Assembly (NCBI GenBank): GCA_049791915.1
Contig: JBARAJ010000015.1
Span: 1,811-65,810 of the forward strand
From: Candidatus Udaeobacter sp.
GTDB lineage: Bacteria > Verrucomicrobiota > Verrucomicrobiia > Chthoniobacterales > UBA10450
Direction of reading: 5' to 3'
DNA: 64,000 nucleotides
Shown here: one piece after another, positions 46,219-56,179 of the stretch
Layout: each line of letters begins with the position of its first letter
Numbering within the stretch: position 1 is the stretch's first letter
Notes under the pieces: generated by a model
Database searches by the model: none
Seen by the model: the letters and a program-made list of their open reading frames with translations, nothing else
Told to the model about the DNA's origin: nothing
Translations under genes and position numbers: made by a program

Positions 46219-46719
46219 ATGGCCGAACTGAAACAACTCCACAAAGACGCTATTCCCGCTGCGCTAGAAAAGGCTGAGCGTTACCGTTTGCTCAACGAAC
46301 CCGGCGAGGCGGAGAGTATCTGTCTCGATATTCTTGCCGTCGATCCCGATAACCAGCAGGCCATCATCACACTTTTGCTCGCGTTTACCGATCGCTTCGA
46401 AAAAACGTATGGCGTTAGCGAGACGCAAACGAAAGAATTGCTGAGCCGCGTGAAATCGGAATATGAGCGCGCGTATTATTCCGGAATCATCGCCGAACGC
46501 CGGGCAAAAACGAAACTGCGTCAGCACACGCCAGGCTGCCGGTTTCAGGCTTACGATCTTTTGCGCGAAGCAATGGACTGGTTCGAAAAAGCCGAGCCGC
46601 TTAGCCCGCCCGGTCACGATGATGCGATTCTGCGGTGGAACACCTGCGCGCGTATCATTGAACGAAACAAACTCGTAGCGCGCGAAGAAGAAGAACGAAT
46701 CGAATTGCCTCTCGAGTAA
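46219..46719 (+). CDS. hypothetical protein (helical, TPR-like)
   Basis: 166-aa ORF with coding-like composition and no recognised motif. Confidence 0.55.
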   Translation: MAELKQLHKDAIPAALEKAERYRLLNEPGEAESICLDILAVDPDNQQAIITLLLAFTDRFEKTYGVSETQTKELLSRVKSEYERAYYSGIIAERRAKTKLRQHTPGCRFQAYDLLREAMDWFEKAEPLSPPGHDDAILRWNTCARIIERNKLVAREEEERIELPLE

Positions 46720-46909
46720 GATTTTAGGGCAACCGCGTCGGTTGCCGTGAACATTGGCAGGCGAGAGCGCCGGCCCTACAATGGACGTCGACTTCGCTTG
46801 GTTCGAGCAAAGAGCTGGCAACGCGTCCGGCTGTCACCGCTGGCGCTGTAGCCGACGCCGTGAGGGCGGCGCGCAGGCTTCGCACAGCGAAGCGGGTACA
46901 AGACAGCAC

Positions 46910-47866
46910 TTACACAATCGCACCGCCGCAGCTGGAGCCCGCGCCAGCCGTGCAACCAAAACAGTGATCGCCGGTCATGATCTCGCGATTTTCGAGCGAA
47001 TTGGGGTTGAGGTCCCACAAAAAGATCGGCTGCCCATTCTTCCATTGCATTCCGAGCTGCTGATTGAAATCGCAATCATAAACTTCACCACGCCACCCGA
47101 CGCTGATCGTGTTGCGGCACATGAGACCGTCGATCGTCGCTGGATTGAACGCATCGATCAGAAGTTGCATGTAATCGTCGAGCCGATTGCCGCGGCGCAG
47201 GTAAGCGCCGAACCGGCCGATCGGAAGATTCGTAAGCGTGTAAAGCCTGTTGAACACAATTCCGAAATGCTTTTCCAGCTCCCGTTTGTAATCGGCCTCA
47301 AGCTCATTCTGGGGGGATGGCAAAAACGCTCCAACCGGATTGTAAACGAGATGGAATGGCAACTCTGGATCAATTCCGTAGCCTAACCAGTTCAGAAGTT
47401 GCATTGCCGCGATGCTGCCTTCGAATACACCGTCGCCGCGTTGCGCGTTTACATTGTCTGCTGAGTAACACGGCATCGAAGCTATGATCTCTACTTTTTC
47501 ATCGGCAAGAAACTCTGCGAGATCGTGGTACGCGTCCTCAAGCAAGATGGTGAGATTGCAGCGATCGATCACGTGACGTGACGGCTGCAACTCTTTCACA
47601 CGCTCGATGAAATACCGAAAATCGGGAATCATTTCCGGCGCGCCACCGGTGAGGTCAACCGTTGGAATCTCCGAATTCGCCAGCCAATCGACGATCCGAT
47701 CAACTGTCGCGCGCGTCATGATCTCTTTCCGCTTCGGCCCAGCATTCACATGGCAATGCACGCAGGTGAGATTGCAAAGCTTGCCCGCGTTAACCTGGAG
47801 AATTTCAGGTTGCGCACGACGAAGCGAGATCGATTGCTCGCTCAGCTTTTGCGCGAAACGGTTCAT
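46910..47866 (-). CDS. radical SAM/Cys-rich domain protein (ArsS-like, TIGR04167-type)
   Basis: CNLTCVHCH radical SAM motif near the N-terminus and a C-terminal Cys-rich tail CFGCTAGAGSSCGG characteristic of this family. Confidence 0.75.
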   Translation of the reverse strand: MNRFAQKLSEQSISLRRAQPEILQVNAGKLCNLTCVHCHVNAGPKRKEIMTRATVDRIVDWLANSEIPTVDLTGGAPEMIPDFRYFIERVKELQPSRHVIDRCNLTILLEDAYHDLAEFLADEKVEIIASMPCYSADNVNAQRGDGVFEGSIAAMQLLNWLGYGIDPELPFHLVYNPVGAFLPSPQNELEADYKRELEKHFGIVFNRLYTLTNLPIGRFGAYLRRGNRLDDYMQLLIDAFNPATIDGLMCRNTISVGWRGEVYDCDFNQQLGMQWKNGQPIFLWDLNPNSLENREIMTGDHCFGCTAGAGSSCGGAIV

Positions 47867-47961
47867 GTCAAAATCAGTAGCAACTATCGCTATCGCAGCA
47901 TTTGTTAGTCGCGTCCAGGAAGCCCTGAAACTGGTAACGCAGGATCGAGAAATCGATCTGA

Positions 47962-48366
47962 TTAATTAGCGGCTTTCTGAAAACCAGCCTTTACGAGCTC
48001 TTCATATCCAGCTTTGAGGGGCCTGACGTTGTAGCCAAGCTTCTCCAAAATCTTCGCAGCTGCGACAGCGCGTACTCCCATGACACAGTGCGTATACACG
48101 ATCGTATCCTTAGGAAGTTGGTGTTCTAGCGCGCTTGTATCGAGGCCTTTTTTCAGCGAACTGAGCGGCAGTGAAATCGCTCCTTCAACATGCCCTTCCT
48201 TCCATTCTGCTGGTTCGCGGACATCGACGAGAACTGCTTTGTGTGTTGCGAGGTTTCCTTGAACGGTCGGAAGTGGATCGTTGGTCAGCTCGGCAGCGTG
48301 AACGTGACTGTAAATGAATGCAACTAGACTGGATATCGTAAGGAGTTTTATGAGTTGGATAGTCAT
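47962..48366 (-). CDS. exported single-domain rhodanese
   Basis: Signal peptide, VDVREPAEWKEGHVEGAISLPL and the active-site loop HCVMGVRA. Confidence 0.8.
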   Translation of the reverse strand: MTIQLIKLLTISSLVAFIYSHVHAAELTNDPLPTVQGNLATHKAVLVDVREPAEWKEGHVEGAISLPLSSLKKGLDTSALEHQLPKDTIVYTHCVMGVRAVAAAKILEKLGYNVRPLKAGYEELVKAGFQKAAN

Positions 48367-48546
48367 GATGTGCTTTGCCCCTGCCGCGTAACGTTGGCGG
48401 ACGATAGCTTTCTTGGTCTACGAGGCGTTTTGGACGCGAGTCCCGTCCAACTTAGCTTTGAATTGCTTATTTCAAACCCTTGAAGACAGAGCCATAGACG
48501 TTCTCCACAACTTACGTTAAAAGTTCCGTAATACGTTCGCCATTTG

Positions 48547-49629
48547 CTAGAAGCTAATCTTCAGGATGCGACCATCCGTTCCGACGAGCCATCCTGCTTT
48601 GGGAGTAGCGAAGGCTACCGCCCAGAAGCCCGTCACATTTGGCAATGTGAACCAAGTCGTGCCTTCATCCGGAGTCCAGGCCGCGCCTCCGTCATTGGCG
48701 GTGATCACCACGGCGCGTCCGAGATTGTTTCCGCCGCCGCGACCAGTCTGTCCGACGTAACTCAACCCGAATATGGCACCCGTTACTGGCGGCGGGCTCG
48801 TAAGAGTCCAAGTTCTGCCGCCATCGCTGGAAATCGCGGTGCGCGCATTATTGGGATCACCGGGATCCAGATCGCCGCCGCCCACGATTCCATTATGCGG
48901 ATCGCGGAAATCAACGGTGAATGCGCCCGCGCTGGGCGAGCTAAACAGCGGCGTATCATACGCATTCCACGTGTTCCCCTGATCTGTGGTAGCCAGTACC
49001 CTGGCAATCGCTGCGACGCCTGTCGCTATCCACGCGTTCCTGCCACCTTGTGTTGTGACGCAAGTGCCGCTTGACGCGAAAGAGCCTTCACCGGGTAGCG
49101 CCGGCGGCATATTATTACTGATGTCCTGCCACGTCATTCCGTTGGTTGTGCGAAAATCGGGAAACACTCCATTGATTGAGTCGCCAATCAGAATTCCGCG
49201 TTGCGGCGTCCAAAACGCGAACGCGTCATAGAAACCACTTGGATTCTGATTCTCGAATTGGATTGTCCAAGTGGCGCCGCCGTCCAATGTCTTGTAAACA
49301 CGAAAATCAGTCGGGTTATCCCCAATCGACATCAGATACGCGACGCTCGCGCTGAAAGCTTGCACGTCGCGGAACTGCAGCGTTTCGGCGCCAGGAACCA
49401 CACCTGCGGTCCACGTTTGCCCGCCGTCAGTGGTGACGGTGAATGTGCCGTTCCGACCGGACGCCCAGACCACTTGTGGATTCACCGGCCACACTGCGAT
49501 CAGGCCGTTGGTCGTCCCGCTGTCTTGCGGAGTTAGCGTTGGTTGATGAACCAGCGGCAGTTCTTGCGCGCTCAGAGTCGCGCAGATGAACCCCGCTCCC
49601 AGCAAAGCTATGAGTAATGGTTTTGACAT
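48547..49629 (-). CDS. exported BNR/Asp-box repeat beta-propeller protein (Ycf48-like)
   Basis: Five S/T-D-x-G-x-T-W motifs (TDGGQTW, LDGGATW, TDQGNTW, SDGGRTW, NDGGAAW). The signal peptide starts at MSKPLL (49629). Confidence 0.75.
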   Translation of the reverse strand: MSKPLLIALLGAGFICATLSAQELPLVHQPTLTPQDSGTTNGLIAVWPVNPQVVWASGRNGTFTVTTDGGQTWTAGVVPGAETLQFRDVQAFSASVAYLMSIGDNPTDFRVYKTLDGGATWTIQFENQNPSGFYDAFAFWTPQRGILIGDSINGVFPDFRTTNGMTWQDISNNMPPALPGEGSFASSGTCVTTQGGRNAWIATGVAAIARVLATTDQGNTWNAYDTPLFSSPSAGAFTVDFRDPHNGIVGGGDLDPGDPNNARTAISSDGGRTWTLTSPPPVTGAIFGLSYVGQTGRGGGNNLGRAVVITANDGGAAWTPDEGTTWFTLPNVTGFWAVAFATPKAGWLVGTDGRILKISF

Positions 49630-49736
49630 GATGTTGCTCCCAAGGCAATTCGTCGCGGCGAAACAGATCGGTTGCAAGAAGATTCTCGCCACCAATTTCA
49701 TTGACGGCTCGCGAGTTGAATTTCACTCTTTGATCG

Positions 49737-50198
49737 ATGTGGTGCGCACGAGTCTTCGTCGACGAACTGCATTCCTTGGAATGGGTCGCCATCTTTCTGG
49801 CGCGCGTCGCTGTGGGTTTGCTGTTTTTCTTGTCCGGACGAGCCAAACTTTTCGTGCCTGAGCGACGGGAGGATATGCGCCAAACATTGATCAAGGCGCA
49901 TGTCGTTTTTCCCGAGTTCAACGCTGCCCTTGTTTCGACGGTGGAGTTTATTTGCGGGTTGCTGCTTGTACTTGGCGCAGTGACGCCGCTGGCGTCTGCG
50001 TTGCTGGCGGCGATAATGATTGCTGCCATCGCGACGACAGCGATTCGCAATATCAAGGCAACGTCGCCAGCAGAGTGGCTCGCGGGATTTCTGTATCTGC
50101 CGGAGGTGCTTTACCTCGTGATCCTTTTTTGGATTTTCTTTTCAGGGCCTGGGTGGCTCAGCATTGATCACCTGTTTCTCCCGGGAACAGGTCGTTAG
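49737..50198 (+). CDS. DoxX family membrane protein
   Basis: About 150 aa with 4 TM segments. RVAVGLLFFLSGRAKLF resembles the DoxX signature. Confidence 0.7.
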   Translation: MWCARVFVDELHSLEWVAIFLARVAVGLLFFLSGRAKLFVPERREDMRQTLIKAHVVFPEFNAALVSTVEFICGLLLVLGAVTPLASALLAAIMIAAIATTAIRNIKATSPAEWLAGFLYLPEVLYLVILFWIFFSGPGWLSIDHLFLPGTGR

Positions 50199-50226
50199 CT
50201 TTGCGACGCGATGAGCCGACGTGCGG

Positions 50227-51087
50227 TCATTCAGCAAGCTCTTCCGCTGGTCGCGGCGCGCGCTCTGGGATCTCGCCATTTGGCAATCGCCACTCGCGCT
50301 GCGCACGAAACGGCAACGCAAAGAGTTTGCCCAGGGTAAGTTCGTTTTCCTCGCGATAAGCAGCGACCCCGATCGTGACGGCGTCCTGCGGTACGTCCCG
50401 GCGCAATGTGCGATGCAGCTTGTCCCACCAACAAAACATCGTGCCCCAGTTTGAATTGGTCTCCCGCTGCACGATGGAATGATGAATCCCGTGCATGCGG
50501 GGCGTGACGAGAATCAGGTTCAAAACTCGCTCGACGTGAATTGGCAGCCGCCAATTGGAATGATGAAAAAGTGTCGCTGCCTCAAAAATGGCGAAGAACA
50601 CGACGAGCATCATCGGACCGATACCGAAGAGCAGCACGGCTAAAGAGAGAAAGCCGGTGGAAAGAATCATTTCTCCGAAGTGAAATCGCGCAGCCGTGCT
50701 CACATCCAGATCCAGGTCCGTATGATGCACGTTGTGAAATCGCCAGAACAACGGCACCATGTGCATGGCCCAGTGCCACCACCAATAGGCGTAGTCCATT
50801 AAAAGGAACGTCGCGATCACAACGGCCCAGGTCGGAAGGTCAATCCAATTCAATAACCCCACATGTTGCTGTCGCGCCCAGATCGCGATTGCGATCGGAA
50901 TGGGCAACATCGCGAGACGAACAATCGCGAAACCCGGGATCGAGAGCACAAAATTCCGCACCAACCGGTGGAGGACACTGAAATGTTGCCGTCGCAACGG
51001 AAATCTCCACTGAAGCCAGAGCAGGACGAGAAACAGGCAAGTCAGCAGTGGGTTGCCGACGTAATCCATCAAGGGAATTTTTGGCAT
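50227..51087 (-). CDS. fatty acid hydroxylase/sterol desaturase family protein
   Basis: Histidine boxes HWAMH, HNVHH and HGIHH in a polytopic membrane protein. Confidence 0.85.
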   Translation of the reverse strand: MPKIPLMDYVGNPLLTCLFLVLLWLQWRFPLRRQHFSVLHRLVRNFVLSIPGFAIVRLAMLPIPIAIAIWARQQHVGLLNWIDLPTWAVVIATFLLMDYAYWWWHWAMHMVPLFWRFHNVHHTDLDLDVSTAARFHFGEMILSTGFLSLAVLLFGIGPMMLVVFFAIFEAATLFHHSNWRLPIHVERVLNLILVTPRMHGIHHSIVQRETNSNWGTMFCWWDKLHRTLRRDVPQDAVTIGVAAYREENELTLGKLFALPFRAQREWRLPNGEIPERAPRPAEELAE

Positions 51088-51264
51088 ATTAAGACGACGG
51101 ATGAAGCGATCGTGATTTTAGCATCGTCAGCTTGACAGCGACAATGCCGAGCTGGAGCACAGGCATCTTGCCTGTGGGGCGACCGGGCGTCTCGCCTGGT
51201 CAATCATCGGCACAGCAGGCAGGAACCCTGCTGTCCGCACAGCCACGATCGCTGTGCCCCCGCC

Positions 51265-52221
51265 TTACGCGCCGATGCGCTTGAATTCGAAGGTGGTCTC
51301 GGGCTTTACGACCTCGCCGTTCATCTCAAGCAGCGGGTAGACCAAGAAATTGATCGGTCCGCTTTCAGGTTCCGGGTCGACCACCAGATCGCGACCCTTC
51401 GTCAGTTCAAATCGGTTCGCCGGATTATGACCAAAATAATAATCAGCGAGCTTTGGGTTCTTCCACGCTTCACTGATATCCACCGGAACCCACTGACCGT
51501 CCGCGAGAAATTCGGCCCAGCAATGGTAGCCCTCGATCTTGCCCTCATTCTTGTCGGCTGGAATGGTCGCGCCGATGGCGAAACGCGCGGGTATGTTGAT
51601 GCTTCGCGACAAAGCGATGAAGTACGCATGGAAATCACTACAATTGCCGGTGCGAACATCGCATGCATATACGGCGTCTCCGCGACCCCAACCATTACCT
51701 GATTTATCATACCGCATGCGGCTGATGACGTGATCGTACAAAGCTTTCGCCCGTTCGAGGTCATCGGTTTTTCCGGCTACGGCTTTCTCGGCAAGCGTTT
51801 TAAACGTTTCATTTACCGGCACCAATTTTTCCGGCCGAAGATATCGGGCGGCGTCTGCATTGCCTGCCGGGTAGGCGGCTTTTTCCTTGCGCACGACTTT
51901 GTATCGGAGCTCGATCGTTTTGCCACTGTCCTGCGGCTGCGCATTGACTACGCAAATGTCATTGCCGTAATCGCGGTCCTGAACCTTATCCCATTTCATC
52001 GGGATATTCTGTTTTTCCACACTCACGGTTTGAAAAGGATCTGTCTTCGCGAGCGGTATCCAGATGCGAGCGCTGCCGGTGATTTCCGGAAGTTTGACGC
52101 GATAAACGAACTCAAATTCATCGGCGCCTTTGATGATGCCAGGCTCACCGGCGGCATGAATGGCGAGCACGCCAGCGAGCAACAGCGTTGGAACAAGAAC
52201 CAAGCGCATCGTCAATTTCAC
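51265..52221 (-). CDS. exported transglutaminase-like domain protein
   Basis: Signal peptide. The core motif GNCSDFHAYFIALSRSINIPAR (catalytic Cys) with downstream His/Asp. Confidence 0.8.
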   Translation of the reverse strand: MKLTMRLVLVPTLLLAGVLAIHAAGEPGIIKGADEFEFVYRVKLPEITGSARIWIPLAKTDPFQTVSVEKQNIPMKWDKVQDRDYGNDICVVNAQPQDSGKTIELRYKVVRKEKAAYPAGNADAARYLRPEKLVPVNETFKTLAEKAVAGKTDDLERAKALYDHVISRMRYDKSGNGWGRGDAVYACDVRTGNCSDFHAYFIALSRSINIPARFAIGATIPADKNEGKIEGYHCWAEFLADGQWVPVDISEAWKNPKLADYYFGHNPANRFELTKGRDLVVDPEPESGPINFLVYPLLEMNGEVVKPETTFEFKRIGA

Positions 52222-52231
52222 GATTTGTTTC

Positions 52232-52684
52232 CTAGCTTACGGGCACTTTATTCCACTTGCCGTTTTCTTCTTTCCAATTGTAAAGCGGTTTGCCGTCGAT
52301 CTTGTGCACCGCCGTCTCAGTGACTGTCATTTTGCTCGGCTGCCCAGTTAGGAAGAAATCGATGTCGTAAGTCTTCCCGTCGGTTCCCTTCATGTCTACA
52401 CAGGCAAAATATTTCCCGCTGCCGAGGTCCTGCAATCGATCATCGTGGACCTTTATTAAATCGAGAGCGAGATCCTGGCCCTCGTATTTCACGGGGAATT
52501 TTCCGCCGCTTTTGCTCGTCTCGGCGGTGATATGCTTCTTGATCCCGGCGGAAATGTCAGCCGTGCTAACTTGCTTTTTGGCGCCACCTGCTTTCGGATG
52601 CTCGGGATGCTCCTGTGAAAAGAGCGACGATGCCGGCGTAAAGAATAGTGCAATGGCTGCTGCGATAATGATTTTTGTGATCAT
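52232..52684 (-). CDS. hypothetical exported protein
   Basis: Signal peptide. It lies 10 nt upstream of the transglutaminase-like gene on the same strand. Confidence 0.6.
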   Translation of the reverse strand: MITKIIIAAAIALFFTPASSLFSQEHPEHPKAGGAKKQVSTADISAGIKKHITAETSKSGGKFPVKYEGQDLALDLIKVHDDRLQDLGSGKYFACVDMKGTDGKTYDIDFFLTGQPSKMTVTETAVHKIDGKPLYNWKEENGKWNKVPVS

Positions 52685-52808
52685 ATGAGTTTCTTGGTTC
52701 AGATTTGTTGAATTCTATTCGTCCAAGAGACGCATCGAGCAACCATTTTGTTTCGAGAAAATCTTTGGTGCGTTATCGCGCAAAGAGAAGTTCAGACAGA
52801 AATCTGTC

Positions 52809-53534
52809 ATGCAGGTCTCTATTATTATTCCGGTGTTTAATGAGGCGCCGTTGATACGCGCGTTTCTCTCGGCCCTGCGCGAGCGAACCCGTGGGGCGGA
52901 AATTATTGTCGTCGATGGCGCGAGCACTGACGGCACCGACCGGCTGGCGCAAGGCTTCTGTGACCAGGTTATCCGAAGCGGCGAGCGCAGCCGCGCCAAA
53001 CAAATGAACGTCGGAGCCGATGCCGCAGGCGGCGATATTTTGTGGTTTTTGCATGCAGACGCCGAAGTGCCGCTGGAATCTTTGAATGAGATCGGGCGGA
53101 TAATGCGCAATCCAAAAGTCTGTGGCGGTTTCTTTCGGATCCGTCTGCCGGCCACGCCGGCTGTATACCGACTGACGGATGGCTTTGCGCATTACGCGGG
53201 GCTTCTGCTCCGGATGCGATGCGGCGATCATGGAATGTTCTGCCGGCGAGCAGCGTTTGTTGACTCTGGGGGATTTCCAGACGTGCCGCTCATGGAAGAT
53301 GTCGAATTTTTCCGGCAACTTCGCCGATGCGGTCGCGTCGTGCATAGCAATAAACGAATTGGGACGAGCCCACGGCGTTATGAAACAGTCGGACCGACAC
53401 GCCTCACATTTGCCTATGGATCGATTGCGACGCTTTATCTTTTCGGTGTCTCTCTGTCCACGCTTGCACGCATTTACCGCCGCACGTGTTGTGCTCCGCA
53501 CGAGCAGGCCATTCTACCTAACCAGCGAGCATAG
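52809..53534 (+). CDS. glycosyltransferase family 2 (resembles the rSAM/selenodomain-associated transferase 2 type)
   Basis: VSIIIPVFNEAPLI N-terminus and DGASTDGT. About 240 aa. The subfamily assignment is from memory of TIGR04283-like proteins and is unverified. Confidence 0.7.
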   Translation: MQVSIIIPVFNEAPLIRAFLSALRERTRGAEIIVVDGASTDGTDRLAQGFCDQVIRSGERSRAKQMNVGADAAGGDILWFLHADAEVPLESLNEIGRIMRNPKVCGGFFRIRLPATPAVYRLTDGFAHYAGLLLRMRCGDHGMFCRRAAFVDSGGFPDVPLMEDVEFFRQLRRCGRVVHSNKRIGTSPRRYETVGPTRLTFAYGSIATLYLFGVSLSTLARIYRRTCCAPHEQAILPNQRA

Positions 53535-53628
53535 GAGCTAATTTTAGTCAACGCGCGTTGCTCGTGCGCGCGATTAGCCAGCCTGATTCGATCCAATATT
53601 AGGACGGAATCAACAGGAGGAAGGGAAT

Positions 53629-53988
53629 ATGAAAATTACCAGTTTAATTGCTGCTCTCGTTGGGACGTTCGCGCTGACTGCGCTCGGCCAGGACGGCGTA
53701 GTTCAAGACGTCAAGCACGGCGCGAAGAAAGCAGGGGAAACGATTAAAGACGGACTCGAAACAGCAGGTGAGAAAACAAAAGAGACTGCTGAAACGGTTG
53801 GCAAGAAAACAAAAGAGACCGGCGAGACCGTAGTGAGAAAAACAAAGGAAGCCGTGGATGGCACGGGCGAGAAAGCGTCCGGGGCTCAAAAGACGCACCA
53901 CAAATCCAGTAAGAGCGCCAGCAAAGCCAAGACCCAAACCACGGAAGAACGGACGACAGATCGCGACTCAAACGCGCCCGCGCCCTGA
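53629..53988 (+). CDS. secreted lysine/threonine/glutamate-rich repeat protein
   Basis: Signal peptide, then the reiterated (K)TKET(A/G)ETV(G/V)(K/R)KTKE motif. Low complexity. Confidence 0.6.
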   Translation: MKITSLIAALVGTFALTALGQDGVVQDVKHGAKKAGETIKDGLETAGEKTKETAETVGKKTKETGETVVRKTKEAVDGTGEKASGAQKTHHKSSKSASKAKTQTTEERTTDRDSNAPAP

Positions 53989-54035
53989 CGGTCAATCGGC
54001 GGTAATCGTAACCACAACATTTCTGTTCAGCATCC

Positions 54036-54200
54036 TGCCATGTTGAGCGAAAGCGCTGCAATGAATTGCGAAGCATAGGCGCGGCTTTCGAATATCTCGG
54101 GATTTGTTCGTTGCTTGGCCGACCAAACAACCAGAATTTGAAAGCTTGGCGTCGCGGACTTCATCCGCTGCGTTGCAACTTCGCTCCGCTCAGAATGGCA
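54036..54200. repeat. family B variant with a longer core (about 165 bp)
   Basis: Termini TGCCATGTTGAGCGAAAGCG ... CTTCGCTCCGCTCAGAATGGCA. Confidence 0.65.
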
Positions 54201-54263
54201 GCGATGCAAGATTTTGCTCGTTCCAACTTGCTCACATTCGTCGAGTGAGTCCTATTTGGCGCG

Positions 54264-55016
54264 ATGAGCAGTCTGCGTCTCGGAGTGAACGTCGATCACG
54301 TGGCGACAGTGCGGCAGGCGCGCTATGCCACAATGCCGGAATCTAAGAATGCAGAGCCGGATTTGCTTGTGGCCGCGCGGATTTGCGAGCGCGCAGGAGC
54401 CGGCGGAATCGTCGCTCATCTGCGGAGTGATCGCCGCCATATTCAAGACCATGACATCGAACGTCTCCGCCAGAACATCATAACGAAATTGAATCTCGAG
54501 ATGGGCAATACGGAGGCGATCATTGACGTCGCGCTGCGCATTAAGCCGGAGGAGGTCTGCCTGGTGCCGGAAAAACGTGAAGAAATCACTACAGAGGGCG
54601 GCCTGGACGTCATTGCGCAACGCAAGGAACTAGAGCCGACGATCAGACGGCTTCAGGTTGCCGGGATTCGCGTCAGTCTGTTCATCGATCCCACGTTGGA
54701 ACAGGTGGATGTCGCAGCCGAGCTGGGTGTGGAAATGGTCGAATTGCACACTGGCAGACTGGCGAACGCATTTACCGAAAAGATCCAAAAAGAAGAAATG
54801 GAACAACTGCGAGCGGCTGCCCGCGCAGCCTCAGAATCCAATATGCAGGTCAATGCCGGTCACGGAATCAATTACAAAAACATCGCGCTCATGCACCACA
54901 TTCCATGTTTGACCGAACTCAATATCGGTCACGCAATCGTATCGCGGGCGATCTGGGTCGGCTTGGAAAATGCGGTAAGGGAAATGCTCGCCGCTATGGC
55001 AAATTATCCCGAATGA
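54264..55016 (+). CDS. pdxJ: pyridoxine 5'-phosphate synthase
   Basis: LGVNVDHVATVRQAR, the HLR.DRRHI region, EGGLDV, and the ELHTG and NAGHG motifs. Confidence 0.94.
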   Translation: MSSLRLGVNVDHVATVRQARYATMPESKNAEPDLLVAARICERAGAGGIVAHLRSDRRHIQDHDIERLRQNIITKLNLEMGNTEAIIDVALRIKPEEVCLVPEKREEITTEGGLDVIAQRKELEPTIRRLQVAGIRVSLFIDPTLEQVDVAAELGVEMVELHTGRLANAFTEKIQKEEMEQLRAAARAASESNMQVNAGHGINYKNIALMHHIPCLTELNIGHAIVSRAIWVGLENAVREMLAAMANYPE

Positions 55017-55029
55017 GATCGACCCGATT

Positions 55030-55084
55030 TGTAGGGCGTCTGTGTCAGACGCCAAGCCCTGGCGTTTCACAGAAACGCCCTACA
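55030..55084. repeat. family A double-hairpin palindromic element
   Basis: TGTAGGGCGTCTGTGTCAGACGCC...GGCGTTTCACAGAAACGCCCTACA. It fills the pdxJ-acpS spacer. Confidence 0.8.
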
Positions 55085-55095
55085 GCTCTTATCAA

Positions 55096-55476
55096 ATGAG
55101 CGTGATCGGCATCGGCGTTGATGTGATCGAATGCTCGCGTATCCAGCATTCTATCGAGCGATTCGGAGACCGGTTCCTGCATCGCGTCTTCACAGATGGC
55201 GAAATTGAATATTCGATGTCGATGAAATTCCCGGAACGCCATCTCGCTGCGCGTTTCGCGGGCAAAGAAGCCGTGGCAAAAGCCTTCGGCACCGGGATCG
55301 GCAAAGCGATGGGCTGGCGCAACATCGACATTCAGAAAAGAAAAAGCGGCGAACCTTTTCTCGTTTTTTCAGGATCGGCCGAAGCTTTTGCCGCAGAACG
55401 GGGTGTCACTTCGGCGCTTATCACCCTCAGCCACACCGAAAATTACGCTGTCGCATGCGCTGTTCTTGAAGGGTAG
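55096..55476 (+). CDS. acpS: holo-[acyl-carrier-protein] synthase
   Basis: MSVIGIGVDVIECSRI start and FAGKEAVAKAFG. About 126 aa. The track ORF start lies inside the repeat element. Confidence 0.9.
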   Translation: MSVIGIGVDVIECSRIQHSIERFGDRFLHRVFTDGEIEYSMSMKFPERHLAARFAGKEAVAKAFGTGIGKAMGWRNIDIQKRKSGEPFLVFSGSAEAFAAERGVTSALITLSHTENYAVACAVLEG

Positions 55477-55499
55477 TTCTCTGATACAGGGGCTGCTGT

Positions 55500-55582
55500 T
55501 GTAGCCACGGCGCGGCGGGGCGTTGGCTTATCTGTTATTGGCTGCAATTCGAACAGAGACCGGCCACAGGCCGGTGGCTACA
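55500..55582. repeat. TGTAGCCAC...GTGGCTACA palindromic element
   Basis: It has the same 9-nt termini as the copy at 12161-12227. Confidence 0.7.
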
Positions 55583-55652
55583 TTAGCGACTAACTAGCAG
55601 GCCGCACGAACAGCATTGAAACGCAGCGCACTTTCCGGCAAGTAAGGTGTTG

Positions 55653-56006
55653 ATGGAAAATTTTCGACAACTCATGGAAATCATCGGCACGGCTGTCGAT
55701 GGCGTCGGCGTTTTCATCGTCGCCGCCGGTGCAATCGTCGCCACAGCGCGTCTCCTCGTTCGTCGCGCGCATAACACAGGCAATTACTATTCGTCTTATC
55801 GGCAGGACATCGGCCGCTCGATCTTATTGGGACTGGAGTTTTTGATCGCCGGCGACATTATCCGAACCGTTGTCGTCGCACCGACAATTCAAAACGTGCT
55901 TGTCCTTGGATTAATCGTGCTCATCCGCACGTTCCTGAGTTTGTCGCTCCAACTGGAAATCGAAGGAAGATTGCCGTGGCGCCGCGAAGGACTGCCCCCG
56001 GATTAA
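55653..56006 (+). CDS. DUF1622 membrane protein
   Basis: IGRSILLGLEFLIAGDIIRTV motif, about 117 aa, 3-4 TM segments. Confidence 0.7.
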   Translation: MENFRQLMEIIGTAVDGVGVFIVAAGAIVATARLLVRRAHNTGNYYSSYRQDIGRSILLGLEFLIAGDIIRTVVVAPTIQNVLVLGLIVLIRTFLSLSLQLEIEGRLPWRREGLPPD

Positions 56007-56179
56007 CATTAATGTTGCTGACGTATCTTCGAACACGACTCAAGTGACGGTGATGATTGCAACTCGGAGTGCAGTTTGCCCTATCGCAAGTTACTCGGAG
56101 GCCGCGCGATAGAACTTCCCATACGCCGAGGGAACCAACGCTGCCTCCTTTAACGAAATAAGTAAATAGGAGGCTCGAA

